From NCBI RefSeq assembly GCF_964204645.1, contig NC_134027.1, positions 4,868,485 to 4,932,484 of the forward strand: a stretch of DNA of 64,000 bases, given 5' to 3'. Numbering within the stretch: the first letter of the stretch is position 1; each line of letters opens with the position of its first letter. The DNA is from Tubulanus polymorphus. Lineage: Eukaryota; Animalia; Nemertea. The translations under genes were made by a program, and so were the position numbers. A model generated the notes under the pieces. It ran no database searches and was not told the DNA's origin. It saw only the letters and a list, made by a program, of their open reading frames with translations. This document shows positions 12,501 to 26,495 of this stretch, one piece after another.

Positions 12501-15500
12501 ACCCCGCATAACATGTTGATGTACAAGATACTCTTTGAAACTGAAGTGTTATCATATCCTCGTCTAACGTCTCGAAACCTATACCCCTCCCACCTCCATT
12601 TATAATTGTCCGCAGTGAAGAGATACGGATGAAGTATATTCGGTAATTCAAGTACGAGATGAATTTAAATGTTCAAGTTATGAATATCGTGGCCGATAAC
12701 GATATTTAGACAAATTGTCGTATTACAGATAAGATCCCGTTCCTCACATTCAATTATACGAAATCTATATGGAATATGTTTAGATGTCGATGACGCAGAC
12801 AGCGCTGTTTATAAGTTCCTTGAATTGACCGCTGAATTATTGTCAAAGGGCTTCAGCATCAAAGTCCTAACGCAGAATTTATAGTTTTGCAACAATTAGA
12901 AGCTCTGTTATAGTCCTTTCGATGAGATGGAAAATATCCAACCTCGTAGTCCCCGCGCTCTTTGAAGTGCAGGTTTTCAAGCGCCTCCAGAAAATGAAAT
13001 CTGCTGAAAATCCACTTGATCACATTCCCAACACACAAAATGATATGTTTTATATAAACATTGATCAGCAAAGCAATACGTCGCAGATGAACAGCAGTAT
13101 TACCGCGTACTGTACGTATAACTCCTCGTTCATTGCCAATGAGAATTTTGCTTGTAAGCTTCTTGAATAAGACCCGATAATCCAACGCCTAACTATATTT
13201 TGAACTGACGTTGAGATCCTAGTATCCGAAAATTAAGCAGGCTTTCACGGATAAACTTTTCGTCTTTTGGATAAAGTAGGAGCGGGTCATCTTTTCATAC
13301 AATTCAGAGACTAAACGTACTACTTCTTACTACATACTGCCACCGATCAAAGTATTGTCTATCTATCATGTTTTATCTTTCCTTTGTAAATTTCGATTGT
13401 TATCATTATACCACTCACGATTTTCGTTCCTTTTGTGACATTGAGTTTGTCAATAAAGCTGATGTTAAAGTTATAATCGAATTGGAAATTCTAATTGGCA
13501 GACATATCAGTTGTATCAATAAAGACGTAGACCTTAGTGTTCTCATTGCGAGTGAAAATTCAGAAACTTCGCTATAAATTTTGGATTGTCGTATGTCATC
13601 TTAACCGTCTATATTTTTTTCTTAATTAGGTTTTGTTGAAATATCACTTTTCACGCGTGGAGAAATCAAATATTATTCAATTTCGTCATTGCTACCAAGG
13701 GATCCGAAAGCTGAAAAGTAATGTAGTGAAATAAACTGATTACACAGTTATCGTTTCTGGGCGGTAACAGGTAAAAATTACCCCCCCCCCCCATATTTAC
13801 TTTTCTATCAAACTAGAGTATAAAAGCTAGACTAAAAACATTTTACAGGAATAGGAAAAAAACAAGTAAAAATATATTTTATCATTACTTTTAAACTTTC
13901 ATTGTAAAAGGTGACCGCTAGGAATGGTTATTTTCTGTAAAGACCGTGGGGGGATTTACCGGGGGATTTTTACCTACATTCTTTCTGGCCACCGCGCGGT
14001 GGCTTATCTGTATCAACTTTATCATTGCTAAGTTTCTATTAATTGCACTCGAGGTAGCCATTTTATTTGTTAGTAATGATCAAAGTAAGATCCCTCAGTT
14101 CGAATAAATCAGCATTTTGTTGGCATTTTATTACAGGCTAATCTTTCGCTATTATTGCATAGCAGTCTTTTCTGTGTGATGTTCGTTTCCTCTCTGGTTT
14201 TATAAACGCTTAATTCATTCGACTTCTTCGGGGACATTTAAGCATGGACTTCGAGTCCGCGATCCAACTGAATTCACCCCCTTTATGCGCTAAACGAAGG
14301 CATTAGCAAATTCATCTAAACCTTTGTGGGCTGCTAAATTTTTCAATTGGAATTAAGAGAATGTGATTGTCAGTTGATTATTGTTAAGACAACAATAGGT
14401 CCGATTTTGCGTATAAAGAAGATTCAAATTGAAGAGATTTTTGAATTTCTTAACGTTATAGTTGAGGCCATAAAATAAAACTATAGAATCCATCATGAAA
14501 AAAATTCAAAATATCTTAATCGTGGGCATTCTTAGATTGATATGTCGACAAGGATTAACGAAGCTTATTATCATCTAGGTGAAAGACGTCAGTGAATTAA
14601 TGGCGATAAAACGGCATTTCATTTGATACCGTATGATTTTGAGATTCTCCTTTGTCTATCGATTTCATGGCCAACCCAGGAAGTCGGCGAAAGACGGCCA
14701 TCTATTATTAAATGATTACCGTAATCTGGGCAACAGTCGGCCTACGTTTCAAGGCTTTTTGGGGGAATTTGTAAAAGGATTTTCTTTGTCTTTCAGGAAA
14801 CGGTGGTTTTCAAGGTATTTGTGGGTAAGTCTGCGCACAGGAAGCGACAACCTCACCGCCGGAAAGAATTCGACGTAACCAATGTCAATATTATTATTGC
14901 AATTCCGTAAATTGCTTTCATATAAAATTACGCTTTCATTAATAATCGTAACGACAGCTCTTAACGTGGATAACAAGGACATATAGGGCACATTTTAAAC
15001 AAAAATCACTTTTTACATAATAGCTTACGTAGCTTCGTCTTGTGTTCCGAGGAGATGAATATTTTATGATGGATGTCACAAAAAGCATTTGCTTTTTACG
15101 TTTTACCTTACCAAATAAGAACGTTGTCCATCGTTTCAATGCTGCGATAGCGATGAATATTCATACTTAAAAATGAATTCAGTAGAATAAAGAGGGCGTG
15201 TACTGATTGTACCGACGACATGGCTGTGTCCTTTGGGATACTGTAGTTTCGTGACATTATATCGTCCATTCGAAACATCATTAAAAACCTCACAATAAGT
15301 GACACATTGAATAAACATATATCGTGATGCGGAAATTATATCAACAACTTCTGTAGACATCAAAGCTTAGCAAAACCGTTGCCCGAAACCCCGCGCGCCA
15401 TTGTGCACCAATTATCAGGGTTAAAATCATCCGATTTCCAATTTCGTTAACTTGAAATGCGCTTTTAGATTCTAGTTACTCGGTAGTTTGTGGAATAGAA

Positions 15501-16506
15501 TAACCGTTTTTGTTATTAGAATCCCGGGAAGCTGCAGTAGCGCGCGACAGGTTTTTATCTCACAACTCGTGACTGATGTATAATGTAACCAAACTGACAC
15601 ATCATCCCGCGAATAAAGTCGGGTATACGTCAACGGTTCGTCGACACCTTCCGTAGTACGCGAACATTTCCAATTAACGCAAAGTAATTGAATAACCGCG
15701 ATTTTAAGCATTTTTAGGTAATCGAAAGGATTCACGCTAACCAATTATAATACGATCTAAGATACCAAATGTTATAATTGCTACAAAACCTGGAAAAATC
15801 GATCACGGAAAGACCTTATCGAAATACGTATTGTGCTAATTCAGTTCATTCTCTTACTATTAGCACTTTTAGTCAGAGAATATCAACGCTTTGCAATAAA
15901 CGGTATAGGCAACGATATCGTCGATACGATAGATTATCACCAGGTGATTTTGTCCATCAAAACAAGGGTAGAAACAACTTGTTTTCGAGTAGTTACTTCT
16001 ACCAAAGAAGCTAAAACTCCAGTCCCATGAAGGATGTCCGGGGTAGCGAATGAACCCCTAAGATTTTCAGAGGGCCCTTCAAAAAGTCAGTGTCAAAAGA
16101 TTTGGGTCAAGATTTTTTTCGATATTTGGATACAATTTTCATGTTTTTTGGACCATGAAAAATAATTCATTCTAATATGATTTGTACCCGGACACTTCAT
16201 AACTAAGATATGTCCTTTTTCAATTGGAAAGTGTCCCTTTTCACGGTGTGAAAGTGCTCTTCTTGCTTCTTGAAATGAATTTCTGCCCCTCAACAAAGCT
16301 CAGCATGGGCCTGAACTCATGCGTGTATTTTTACGTTAATAATCTCTGAAATATCGCTGTAGTTGAGGTATTTTGTATACTATCGCACCTAAAAGATTCG
16401 TATTTTGATTTGTGTTATATTTACCTTTAGCCTCTGCGTTAAAATGGTTTCTTGCGCACACAGAGATGACAAGAAGTCCAAATATTTTGAATGATACCGA
16501 AGTCAT
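6549..16506 (-). CDS. Allatostatin-A/buccalin-type (Y/FxFGL-amide) neuropeptide precursor; exons 16506-16425 and 7294-6549
   Basis: Exon 1 encodes MTSVSFKIFGLLVISVCARNHFNAEAK (signal-peptide-like) and ends AAAG|gtaaat (phase 1). A strong acceptor ttctttctctattacag|AAACTTGG at 7294 is phase-compatible. Exon 2 has many KR/RR sites and amidated peptides KR-SRIDMYRYRFGL-GKR and R-IDHFRYMFGM-GR*. Confidence 0.8.
13761..13981. mobile_element. MITE with AGGTAAAAAT..CCCC inverted ends (possibly MuDR-type)
   Basis: AGGTAAAAATTACCCCC at left and GGGGGATTTTTACCT at right. TTTCTGG is repeated on both flanks (extends to 9 bp with one mismatch). Confidence 0.6.
16020..16313. mobile_element. MITE, CAG(T/G)CCCATG TIR, 5-bp TSD, in neuropeptide intron
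   Basis: CAGTCCCATG ... CATGGGCCTG, with AACTC at 16015-16019 and 16314-16318. Confidence 0.75.
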
Positions 16507-19084
16507 CGTCACCGTTTGAATCTGAGAGGTGTGGTGAATGAAGTCGTCACCGTTTGAATCAGAGCTGCGAATGAACTCTAACTGTTGGTCAACTGAATAA
16601 GACGATTACTGCTATCTGTTTCCTTTAGTTACAGTGTATAAACCCGTGGTTCCTATGCACATCATACGATCATTTTACGATTTTCACCACTTTGCTTACA
16701 CAATTTTATGTGTTTACCTATTTGCTCCCGATTATGAAACTCCGAAAATCCTTTAAAGTTATTAGACGAAATTGAAAGCTTCAGAAAGCCAAATGTTAAA
16801 CAAAACCACGAACAGTTAGTTAGATAATTGTCTCCAATTTTTTCGGAATCTTATGTAGATGTTCTATTTGTCCAGCAGTATTCTCGAGTGTGTCGATTCT
16901 CTGTTAAGTTACGAGACGTGAATGTGTGGAGTGATCTCGTGGCGCGTCCGTTTAAAACTGGCGTATTTCACAGGTGACAACATGTGCTAATAGCGTCGTC
17001 GCGGGAGCAATCATATCCGGAGCCAACGCGTATCTGAAATGATATCGGATATATTCAAGTGACGTTAAACGTGTTCTATCCGTCATGCTCATTATACGTA
17101 TGTAACGCATCTTCATTCATATTTGCCGAGCCTTAAAAATACTGCTCTCGTAGATTTGGATACGTAGATAAATCTTGCTTGTTTCGAAATTTTTTTCATG
17201 AAATGTCTATTATGGTATAAGAGAGATAATAAATTAACTTAAAAAGCGGATATAATGCGTATTATAATCGGGCGTGACTGAAACAATACAACTGACATCA
17301 TGGAGGTACGGGGCGAGAGCTCAGCACGATTACTGAATTTGATCATATACCCTCCAAAAGTTCTAGACCCCATGATTTTGTATACTATAATAGTTGGGTG
17401 GGGTTGGATATTATCGGGATTCACGAGACTGCCAGCCCTTTAATTCCAGACCACCTCCTACTCGTGAACAGCAGCGGCTAGATACTAGGTGAACTCGATG
17501 TTTGAGACATTCCAGTAATCATTTACGATCAAAGGCAACAGCGAATTCTACCTCTTCTTTATTTTGGCGTTAGTTTAGCTGTTGTTATTGGAGGTGGCCG
17601 AAGTACAGAAATACCTTAAATCATTAAAATTACGACTTTCTAAGCATTTCTAATATTGTACAAGCGTAAATTACTTAGGCGATTTTATGCATGATATTTC
17701 ATTCTGGAAATGGGCTCGTTTATTATTGTTTATAGTCCTTGTAGTACTACGTGGGATCGTATGCACGTGTGTCATATTTGAGACGAGGAGATACGTATAC
17801 GTATAAGTCATTAAGTGCGCCTTATAAAACAGTGATCAGTCGGCGTTAATGGCGACAGGTATCTGTTATGGCACGGTACAAATAAAACAAGATAATAAAA
17901 TAATGCGGACACATTGTACTGGTAATAAATATCATGGCGAAGGTCAGACTTATAATCCGGCGTAGCGTGCGATAGATGAAAAAGAAGTTAGCACGTGAAA
18001 AAAAAACCCAAGTCAATCACAAGAATAGTTGATACATTTTTTTGTAGAAGTTGGATAAACGTAGGATCACTCGGAATAGAAAGTCCATATAAAGCGTTAT
18101 CTAGTTTTTCATGTGTAAAAGATGAAACATTTTAGAACTACTTAATGGCGTAATTTTCACAATTATGATATCAATCTTTTAAGTAAGATATATATGTGTA
18201 GCTGACTCACGTGTAAAGCGAGGGAATGTAAAGAGGTGATGGCATCAACCCCCTTGCCGTTCATGCACAATATAGTGAAATATGTTAGAGTGGAAATAGA
18301 ATGGTTAGTAAATAAGAAGGGGAGGGTCCAAGGAAAGGCATTTCTCGGATAAAACAGCGTTGGAGGTTGGAGGCGGGGTGGCCTAGCTTGATCAGAATTA
18401 CAATTCAATCCGAAAAGAAGCAATTACAAAGAGGATGGGCTTCAAATTTGCAGGTTTTAACGATGTCATGATGAAAGGGCAACCCGAATGGGAAGTCAGG
18501 GGTTCCGCCACGGACATACCCCTATTGAGCTGCAATACGTGGCGTCACAGCGCGTAGTATTGGCCGTCAAAACTGAAGTTAAACCTCACATTGGCCATTT
18601 GACGGCCGATATGACGCATATGAAAAATACGCGTGACGTCCGTGTTTAATCATGGACTCTAACGAATTCGTTTTGGACTCGATGCTTTTATTTATAGGCG
18701 AATGACCATCAATTCTTCAAGGACCTCGGCGAACAAGTCAGCAGCCAAGATCGAGGCCAATGTGTTGTGACTTAATTTTCATCGAAAAGAGGAGAAAATT
18801 GACCGAAAATGGGCAATAATGTGGGTGGCCATCCCGTCAGGATTATCACTTATTTGCTGCAAAGTGACAGCTACAATCCAAACAGCTGGGGTTATACGAC
18901 GATACATGCGGGTTTAGATGCAGGTTGTTACACTTGTTCCTGATGAACGTGAACACGACGGCGATAACTGAGGGTTATTGAGTTCATTGTCTACTTCTAC
19001 GTCACGTGCTGATGGCTAATACTGGTCTTTATACTAGTAAGAAGCTGGATAAGACTATCAACAACGAGTCCTCTTTATAATAAG

Positions 19085-19158
19085 ATATATATATATATAT
19101 ATATTGATATTTATATATATATATATATATATTGATATTTATTCATATATTGATATAT
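19085..19158. repeat. Interrupted (AT)n microsatellite
   Basis: Runs of ATATAT interrupted by repeated TGATATTT. Confidence 0.9.
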
Positions 19159-21836
19159 AAGTTTAAACAAGAAAACTATTTAACCTCACCTAACTAAGCA
19201 ACAACGAAGAGTTCTCTTCATCCAAGATAAGCTGATATACTCTCGTGATAACGGGTCTTATAAACAGGCATTAAGGTTTTAGATTGGTGTAATGCGATTA
19301 GACACTGGACGCACCGCAGTAATTACACCGAAATGGCGGGGTTAACAGGTTTACGGGAATCTAGCATCAGGCTTCAGTCGTCAAATCATTCGATTCTATT
19401 CGTTCCAATGCCTTTTCATATTTTTCAAGACTTTCTAATAATTCGCGTCATAAACACATGAATAAGTTAAATTGAAATGTTTTTTTATGAATAATTCTGG
19501 CGTGATATGCGATTAGTTATGTTTCGATGGTTTTACGGCTGGGAAACCCTGCCAGATACAAGTATTATAAATGATTTCAGGACGGTATCAAAATGACGCA
19601 GGCATTTCGCGCCATTGATTCCTCCGCGGTGTGACCGGTCGCCTATTATTCATTCTGTTCAGAGATTAATGCGCACGGAGCGAGGGCAACGTAATAAAAT
19701 AACGATTAGACCACGATGTCAGTTTGATACGACGAAAAATTTACTTATTGTCGATCTAAGGCGGAAGACTGGCTCCATCACATCCAAAGTTGTCAATTAC
19801 CGGTCGTTCGAATATTTTTCCGGATTGAAATTGCCTATGATGAATATATTTATCTATTTATTGTGACTTTTTGCGTCTGTATTCATAGATCAGCCAACAA
19901 GCTAGATCTCAACTAACACAATCGGTCCACACATATTCTCCAAAACGATACATATATCAACCTTCAATGAGGCGAAGAATACTAATTCATATTTATTGCT
20001 GAATTATACGCCCATACGAAGATGTACCGATCTCCTTTCACACAACAAAGACTCATTTGGTTTATGGTAATTTCCAATGAATTTTGATAACTACGGGTAC
20101 CCTAGAGACTTCGTCCGTTTGCTAGAACGTCCAAGCAGTGGGTACTCAAATATTCAAAGGTATAAAACGACACGTGTGATATATATTTGATTGGTAGAAT
20201 AATAAAGCACTTACGCCTAATGAAACGATCTCCCATTTGTAGAGTTCTGGAATTGGTTGAAGTAAGACAAAATTACCCCGGGAATTGTCAATGCAAAAAT
20301 GCTATGTCTAATTGGAGACCACATTGCGGTACCCCGATTAGTTACAATAGAACAAGAATTACGCAGAACGTGGAAGTCTTTCTTTTATAGATTTCAAATC
20401 CACATAGAAGGCCTTGATTGATATTTCGGCACATGGAAGATACGCAACGTGCATAAAAGTAGAGTTTTACTGTTTTATAGTAGTTGTAAATGCTCACCTG
20501 ACCTTAGACTTCAAAGTCCCGCAGCATTTCCAACAATGGGCGGGAAGACACAGTCTACGTAACAGAAATAGTTTTTGGAATATATCATAAACTCTAAAGG
20601 TCGAATACATCAGCTTAATTGTTTATCCATGTTCTCAATACACATCTCAACGTCAGATAAATTTTCGGCCGGGAGTATATCGGAATTTTGTAAAAAGTAA
20701 TCAAGTCAGAAGTAAACCCGTTGTAAGCTTCTTTCCCTCGGTGCCTTGGCTGCTGATCAAAGAGACGTATCCCGGTGATCCTTGTTCTACTATTTTCGAT
20801 CGAACCATATTTTTCCTCGTGTGAGCTGCATGTAACTTCACTTCCTTGTCAATATTGATAATTATTAAGGTGAGCCTTAATTCATCGTCTGGTTTGCATC
20901 ATAACTAACGTTTATCGTAGAATAATATGGGTTTACAAGTGCCATTTCGACTTCAAATTCTCGTTTACAAAATTGTAGTGAATTCCAAAAGGAGCATCAT
21001 CTCTACTAATCCAAAATCGATGTTTGTTTTAATTCTTGACTGTGGAACTTGTTTCTTCTCACGAGACTGATACGAAACTGATACGGAAGCCACACGGATC
21101 TCACGAAAAAGAATATTTGATTAATTCATAACCGCAGCCGCGGTGATATTCTTTTTGGCGCGCACCTGTGCTTAACTTAATAATTAACTTTGTTAAAACT
21201 CCGTCACACCATATTTGCTCACATCTAAAAATCCTTCGGCGGAATAACAAATGCAGCATTCATCGTCATAATTGGCCCAATTCTCTTTTCGTAATATCCG
21301 CGAGTGTTGGCTCACTAACTTGCCATGAACTTTCTGTTGACTAATTGTTCAAGCTTAATCGATGTATTTTCTATTTTCTCGCAAAGAAATCTGTTATCAC
21401 TTCGTAAAATATAATGTGTTCATCTATTACGTCATCAGATGTTTATTCCTTTTGAGACAGACTTGTAGAATCAAGATTTTACGTACATTCCAGTATAAAT
21501 TGGCATCTGATATTTATTCTTAACAATAAAATCAGGCTGTGCATTTTAAATTCTGCTTTTAAAATTTTTCTGTACAGCTAGTATTCTATTCATTCAAGTC
21601 AAACCATTATTTCGACACGGTTCATTTACGATAAAGATAATATTGTTTAAGATATCTATGCCGACTCGGTAACCTAAAAAGAAGTGCCGTGATGGGGATA
21701 CTTGAACAACGGGATACCTTACGACGAGTTGAATTCATAGGCATTCTCTTGAAAGAATTTAATTACTATTACGCGAGAAAAAGATGAAAATAATCAAGAA
21801 AATACCGATGAACTCACCTCTGTCACTTACGTCAAC

Positions 21837-21865
21837 CAGGGAAGTGTGATGATGACACTTCCCTG
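21837..21865. mobile_element. 29-bp hairpin insertion with 7-bp TSD (P-type transposon footprint/minimal element)
   Basis: CAGGGAAGTGT-gatgatg-ACACTTCCCTG is a perfect 11-bp inverted repeat, flanked by CGTCAAC (21830-21836, 21866-21872). Confidence 0.75.
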
Positions 21866-23833
21866 CGTCAACAAAAAAGGTATCGTCTCGGCTTCCCAGC
21901 CTACGGTATACGTAGTTCAATCACCTCTGAATCTCATAATGTAATCAATACACTCGCGATTATTTAAACGGTTGCATCATATTTCTTAAAATATATAGGA
22001 AAATATTCAAAGATTCTCGGTATAAGCCGGACTGTCTGCATAATCATCACACTTGAATGGACTTTTTAGATGACGTATAAGCACAGTGTAAGAATATATA
22101 TAAGTGTATAAGGGAAATATTGGAGAACATTGATCTCAAAAGTGAATTTGACGATTCGTCACTGAAATTATAAAGACTACGCGAAAGTTTCAAGATTGTT
22201 GGCTGGGACGATGCTGAGTTGATAATTTGAGTTATATATATTTTCTGGCTTATAACCATGGCAACTGTTCACACTTCTGGATGATTATTAACACGTGTAT
22301 GAACTAACGCAAACGTGTGACAATATTTCGATACCGGTCTAATTTAGTTCCATGGTTCGGCCTATTCAGCCTATTTAGCTACATATATATTTATACATAC
22401 ATATGCGTTTTTACATGAAGGCCCTACACAACAAACTGAGCTGTCGGGATTTTCGTCTGTCTAATCTTTATGATTATTTCCAAAGTTGTATTTGGCCCGA
22501 AATATATGTTTGTAAATTAGCATACTGTTCGTTCAAAACTAACGGGTTTCAACGGATGCTGTGCACTGATAGGATTAAGATATTTGAATCACAGATTACG
22601 TCAGTTTGGTACGTACGTAGGACCACTGTGACGCAAACGATCAACGTATTTCGTAGAACCTACATTAACACATTGTAAGGCATAATCGTGTGGATATATC
22701 AAAGGTTGTTTTTGAGTTTTCATGTTGTATAGTCGCTGGATACATTTCACATATCTGTTTCTGTTTTTTGCAGTTTCGATCAGTCGGTTTGAAAGGCATT
22801 GATATGATCTGCCCATGCAGAAAATTAATAACGTCCTTTTCATGTACGTAATACGCTTTTCATCTGCGGGTTAAGAAGGTATCAAAGTGATAACTTAAAA
22901 CCTAATCAAAGTTTGATGAAATCCCAAATTCAAATCCTTCATCAATTTTGATTTGAAAAATTGTACGTGAATAATTGATCTTAAATTAGATTTTTTATCA
23001 TCACCAGTGTAATAGCGGTAGTTTCAACTTATTTTTTTCTCTCATATTCCCTTCTCAGTCGCAAATGATGGTGGTTACTGCTGTCGTTTGTGCAGCAGGG
23101 AAATTATGTGAATTATTTTCCGTTTCCTCGATACCGAGCTCTTCACAAAATTCCAGCGTGATCCTCAAGAAGCTTAACGGTCGGGAATGTCGCCTCTGCT
23201 GATTAACTCAACCGATGCTACGATTTTTTGGGTATAGAATTCGGGTTTCCTTTGAGTTATATTTTTCAGTTGTTCATGTATAAATAATGGAACCTATTTA
23301 CATCGGGAGAAGAAAATCTGATCGTTTTAAGGAATCGATAAAAATCGTGTCAAGATCTTCCGTTTAATTTAACGAGGTTCCGTAATGTATCAATTCAGAA
23401 AACTCGAAGGAAGGGGATAATTGTCCTGGTGATTCATTAGTAAAGGAATTATTTTTCTGGATGCTACTGTAGACAAGGACCCATCAGTGAAATCCACTGA
23501 GTAGCTCTGCCCTTAATCTAAATCTCAATAACCGCGAAATAAAAAGACAAACGCAAATAACTCATGAATTTACTTAACAGTGTTTAATAATGGCTTTCAT
23601 AACAATCTACAAATATTCAATAATGACAGAAACAAAGCGTATCGTAGATAGTACATCAGATCTGTTAATTAAATAGGAGCGATGATAAAAACCCATGAAA
23701 ATACTTATCATGATCAATAAGTAGCTCCTGTGACCTTTCTCTAAGAACCAATAAAGCTTACTTATAAACTCTAGGTGACGTACAATATGCCGGTAATACA
23801 TTTGTCATTTGTTTAAGTGTCGGAAGTACTTAA

Positions 23834-26495
23834 CTAAAAGTCGGACATCATTTCATCTTCTAGACCGCATAATAATTCTGCAATAGCTGAAATATGGAAG
23901 AATAAAACATACAAAACAGAACATTTTTAAGGTGACGTTTTACATTGAAATTGCTAAATCTACCAAAATACATACCTGTATCTGAATATAATGGATCAAC
24001 TGTTACTGATGCGGACTGTTGAGTTGTGTCAACAGCAGCACGAGTTGCAGTATTAGTGTTGCGAACTTTATCCGTATCTATGGTCAAGAAGTCACCAGAT
24101 TTTCTGAAAGCTTGTGATGTGTTGTTTTTGGTCGCACAGTATGGATTTTGAGAAATATTTGACGCATGACTAGAATTTTGATTAGTGCTTGCTGATTTTG
24201 CGATATTCCTATCGACAAACGGTTTTTTTGTTTGTTTTATCGATGATGACGAATTAAAACTCATAGAAGATGATGTTGTTTTATCGGTTTGATTGCGGTT
24301 TCTGGGTATATTAAACTGTCGAGAGGGGTTTGTGAGAGGAGATGAAAATAATGAATTAGGTCTACTGGATATCGCCGGCGATACTAGTATCGGAGAGGAC
24401 GTTTTTTCTTCAGAAATCTTCATCCAAAATTGTTCGTTTCTAGTATTGACTTGTTCTAGTAGACTACGTATTGACTGGGTATCCTTACAGTAAACTTGCC
24501 CATCTCTTTTATTGTAGATATACACGATATTGTTGAGAGTTATGTTTAGGTAATGTTTGCGCAACGTTGGACTAAAAACACCAATCTGAAATGATAACAT
24601 TTATCAATTGTCAGCATGTATAGATTTGTCAGGAAACTGTATTTTTATGGATTATCTTTCTCGTTTACCTCGCCTAGAACCAGGGCTGATCCGGGTAGAA
24701 GTTCCATCTGGAGTTCTTTTACAACTTGTCTATGTAATGTTGCTTTGATATCGCCTCATGTCAAAAGAAAAACGTAGAACCATTAAAATACTGTAGAGAT
24801 GACATTAACTTTATATATTACTTCACTCCTAGAATCAAGTTTAAAAGCGGTCAGTAGAAACATACCAGTAGGATCTTTAAAAATAGCACTAGCCTCTGCT
24901 CCAAATAGGTTGATACTATCCAGCAGTACACACATGAATGGAATTTTACAGTTCACCAGTTGCCTCTGGGCCGCCTACAAGAAAATACATTAAATAAATC
25001 ATTTTAAAAAAGTTAGTCGAGATAATCTTATTAAAATGAAAATCCGATGTCATTTTACTGCAGGGCCAGATTTAAATATATTTTAAGGGATGGATCAAAT
25101 ACCTTTTCAATAACTTTTGAAATGCAATGCTGCTGACTGAGCTTAAACAAGTTTATTCCAATATCAGATTTCATTGTGCCCCACGATGAATCATCAAACT
25201 GACTGATTTGTGTCGATTGACTACACAGCACCTTTAAAACAAATATTTGTATAGTTGAGAAAGAAAAAATACACAAAAGAAATAAATGCACCGGTAATTT
25301 CACTTCATAACTTCAATTCATACCTTTAATGGAGGTTCTCTGGGGATTTTTTCGAAATCAGTATTTACGGTATGATCTGCAATAGCCTGACCAGGACTCT
25401 GAAATAATCAAAGTTGAATTTGATGCACGGGGCTTTTTCACAGAACGACTTTATGTAATCATATATCACGAAAAAATATACTATACTAATAACTGCACAG
25501 AAAACAATTTTTTTTAGTTGTTATTTACCAGTTTGGGGAGAGCACCAGCAGGTCCAGGAAATTTCCGTTTTAGTCGCCCTGAACGGATGTTTGGAGTCGT
25601 TTCTTGAAGCGGATAAGAGATTACGGGGGTGGTAAGTGAGACAGACTTGCATCTAGAATCATGACTTTTCATAGATTCCAGCAAATTGGCATCTGATAAG
25701 GTTCTTGACTCAGTTGCGTTAGTATCATTATGGTTAGACGACAATTTAGTCTTATTCCTAGAAAATATGGATGAACTTTCTCTGGTTTCAGAGAATGTTT
25801 GAGTGTCTATTTTGGTAAATTCAGCAGCTGGCAATATTTGATTATCTAGGTCATCACTCTTCTCAGTTACGTCAACGCTTTTCACTACACCATTTGGTCC
25901 ACGTGAATTACAAATCGTGCTAGTCTTTAAAGCTTTGCTAGTAGCTCCAGTTACAGACGCTTTACTGTCGCGATTGAAGGACGAATCAAAGTCGGTTTCG
26001 TTGAGAATGATATCAAAGTCTGTATCCGACAAATCAAGGTCCCAGTGTATATCGCAACCCGACACAGCAGTTTTATTATTATTATTCCTATTGGTGCTGA
26101 TTTCCACGGACAATTTTTCCTGCTTTTGACGATTTTTCCTGTTAATATCGTTTTCAACGCTATGATCGCTACTTGTCGTCCTCTTTGCAGTATTGTCACT
26201 CATTTGTGTAGTCCTCGATGATTCAGAAACCGGTGTGGAACCCAACTCGAATGAGGATCGATTATTTGCATTTGTTATTGATGTTGATTTTGAAGTGCTG
26301 AAAAACTCCTGGAAACATAAAAAACAATCAATGAATCTTCAAGAGAAAACATGGCCTAACTAATTGATTCAGTCAACTGTGACAATATGCCAGTCCAACT
26401 GTAGGACTGCCAGTGCCATGTTTAAAAGCCTGTGATGTATCTACCTTCTCCAGAAAAATTAAATCATCATCATCATCATCATCAAGACTGAACAT
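23834..26495 (-). CDS. HROB: Homologous recombination OB-fold protein (C17orf53/MCM8IP), ~8 exons
   Basis: Acidic start MFSLDDDDDDDLIFLEK|EFFS, a long disordered region, and the motif KRKFPGPAGALP. OB-fold exons ASAIFKDPTG|DIKATLHR..PGSALVL and IGVFSPTLRKHYLNITLNNIVYIY match human HROB motifs. Last exon EDEMMSDF*. GT-AG introns keep frame. Confidence 0.88.

Noticed and set aside
16500-16565. Direct repeat CGTCACCGTTTGAATC just upstream of the neuropeptide ATG
   Set aside because: Real 16-bp local duplication, but only two copies and no evidence of function.
7400-23500. Numerous 60-108 aa ORFs
   Set aside because: Mostly non-ATG starts, AT-biased composition and no recognisable motifs; consistent with intronic/intergenic chance ORFs.
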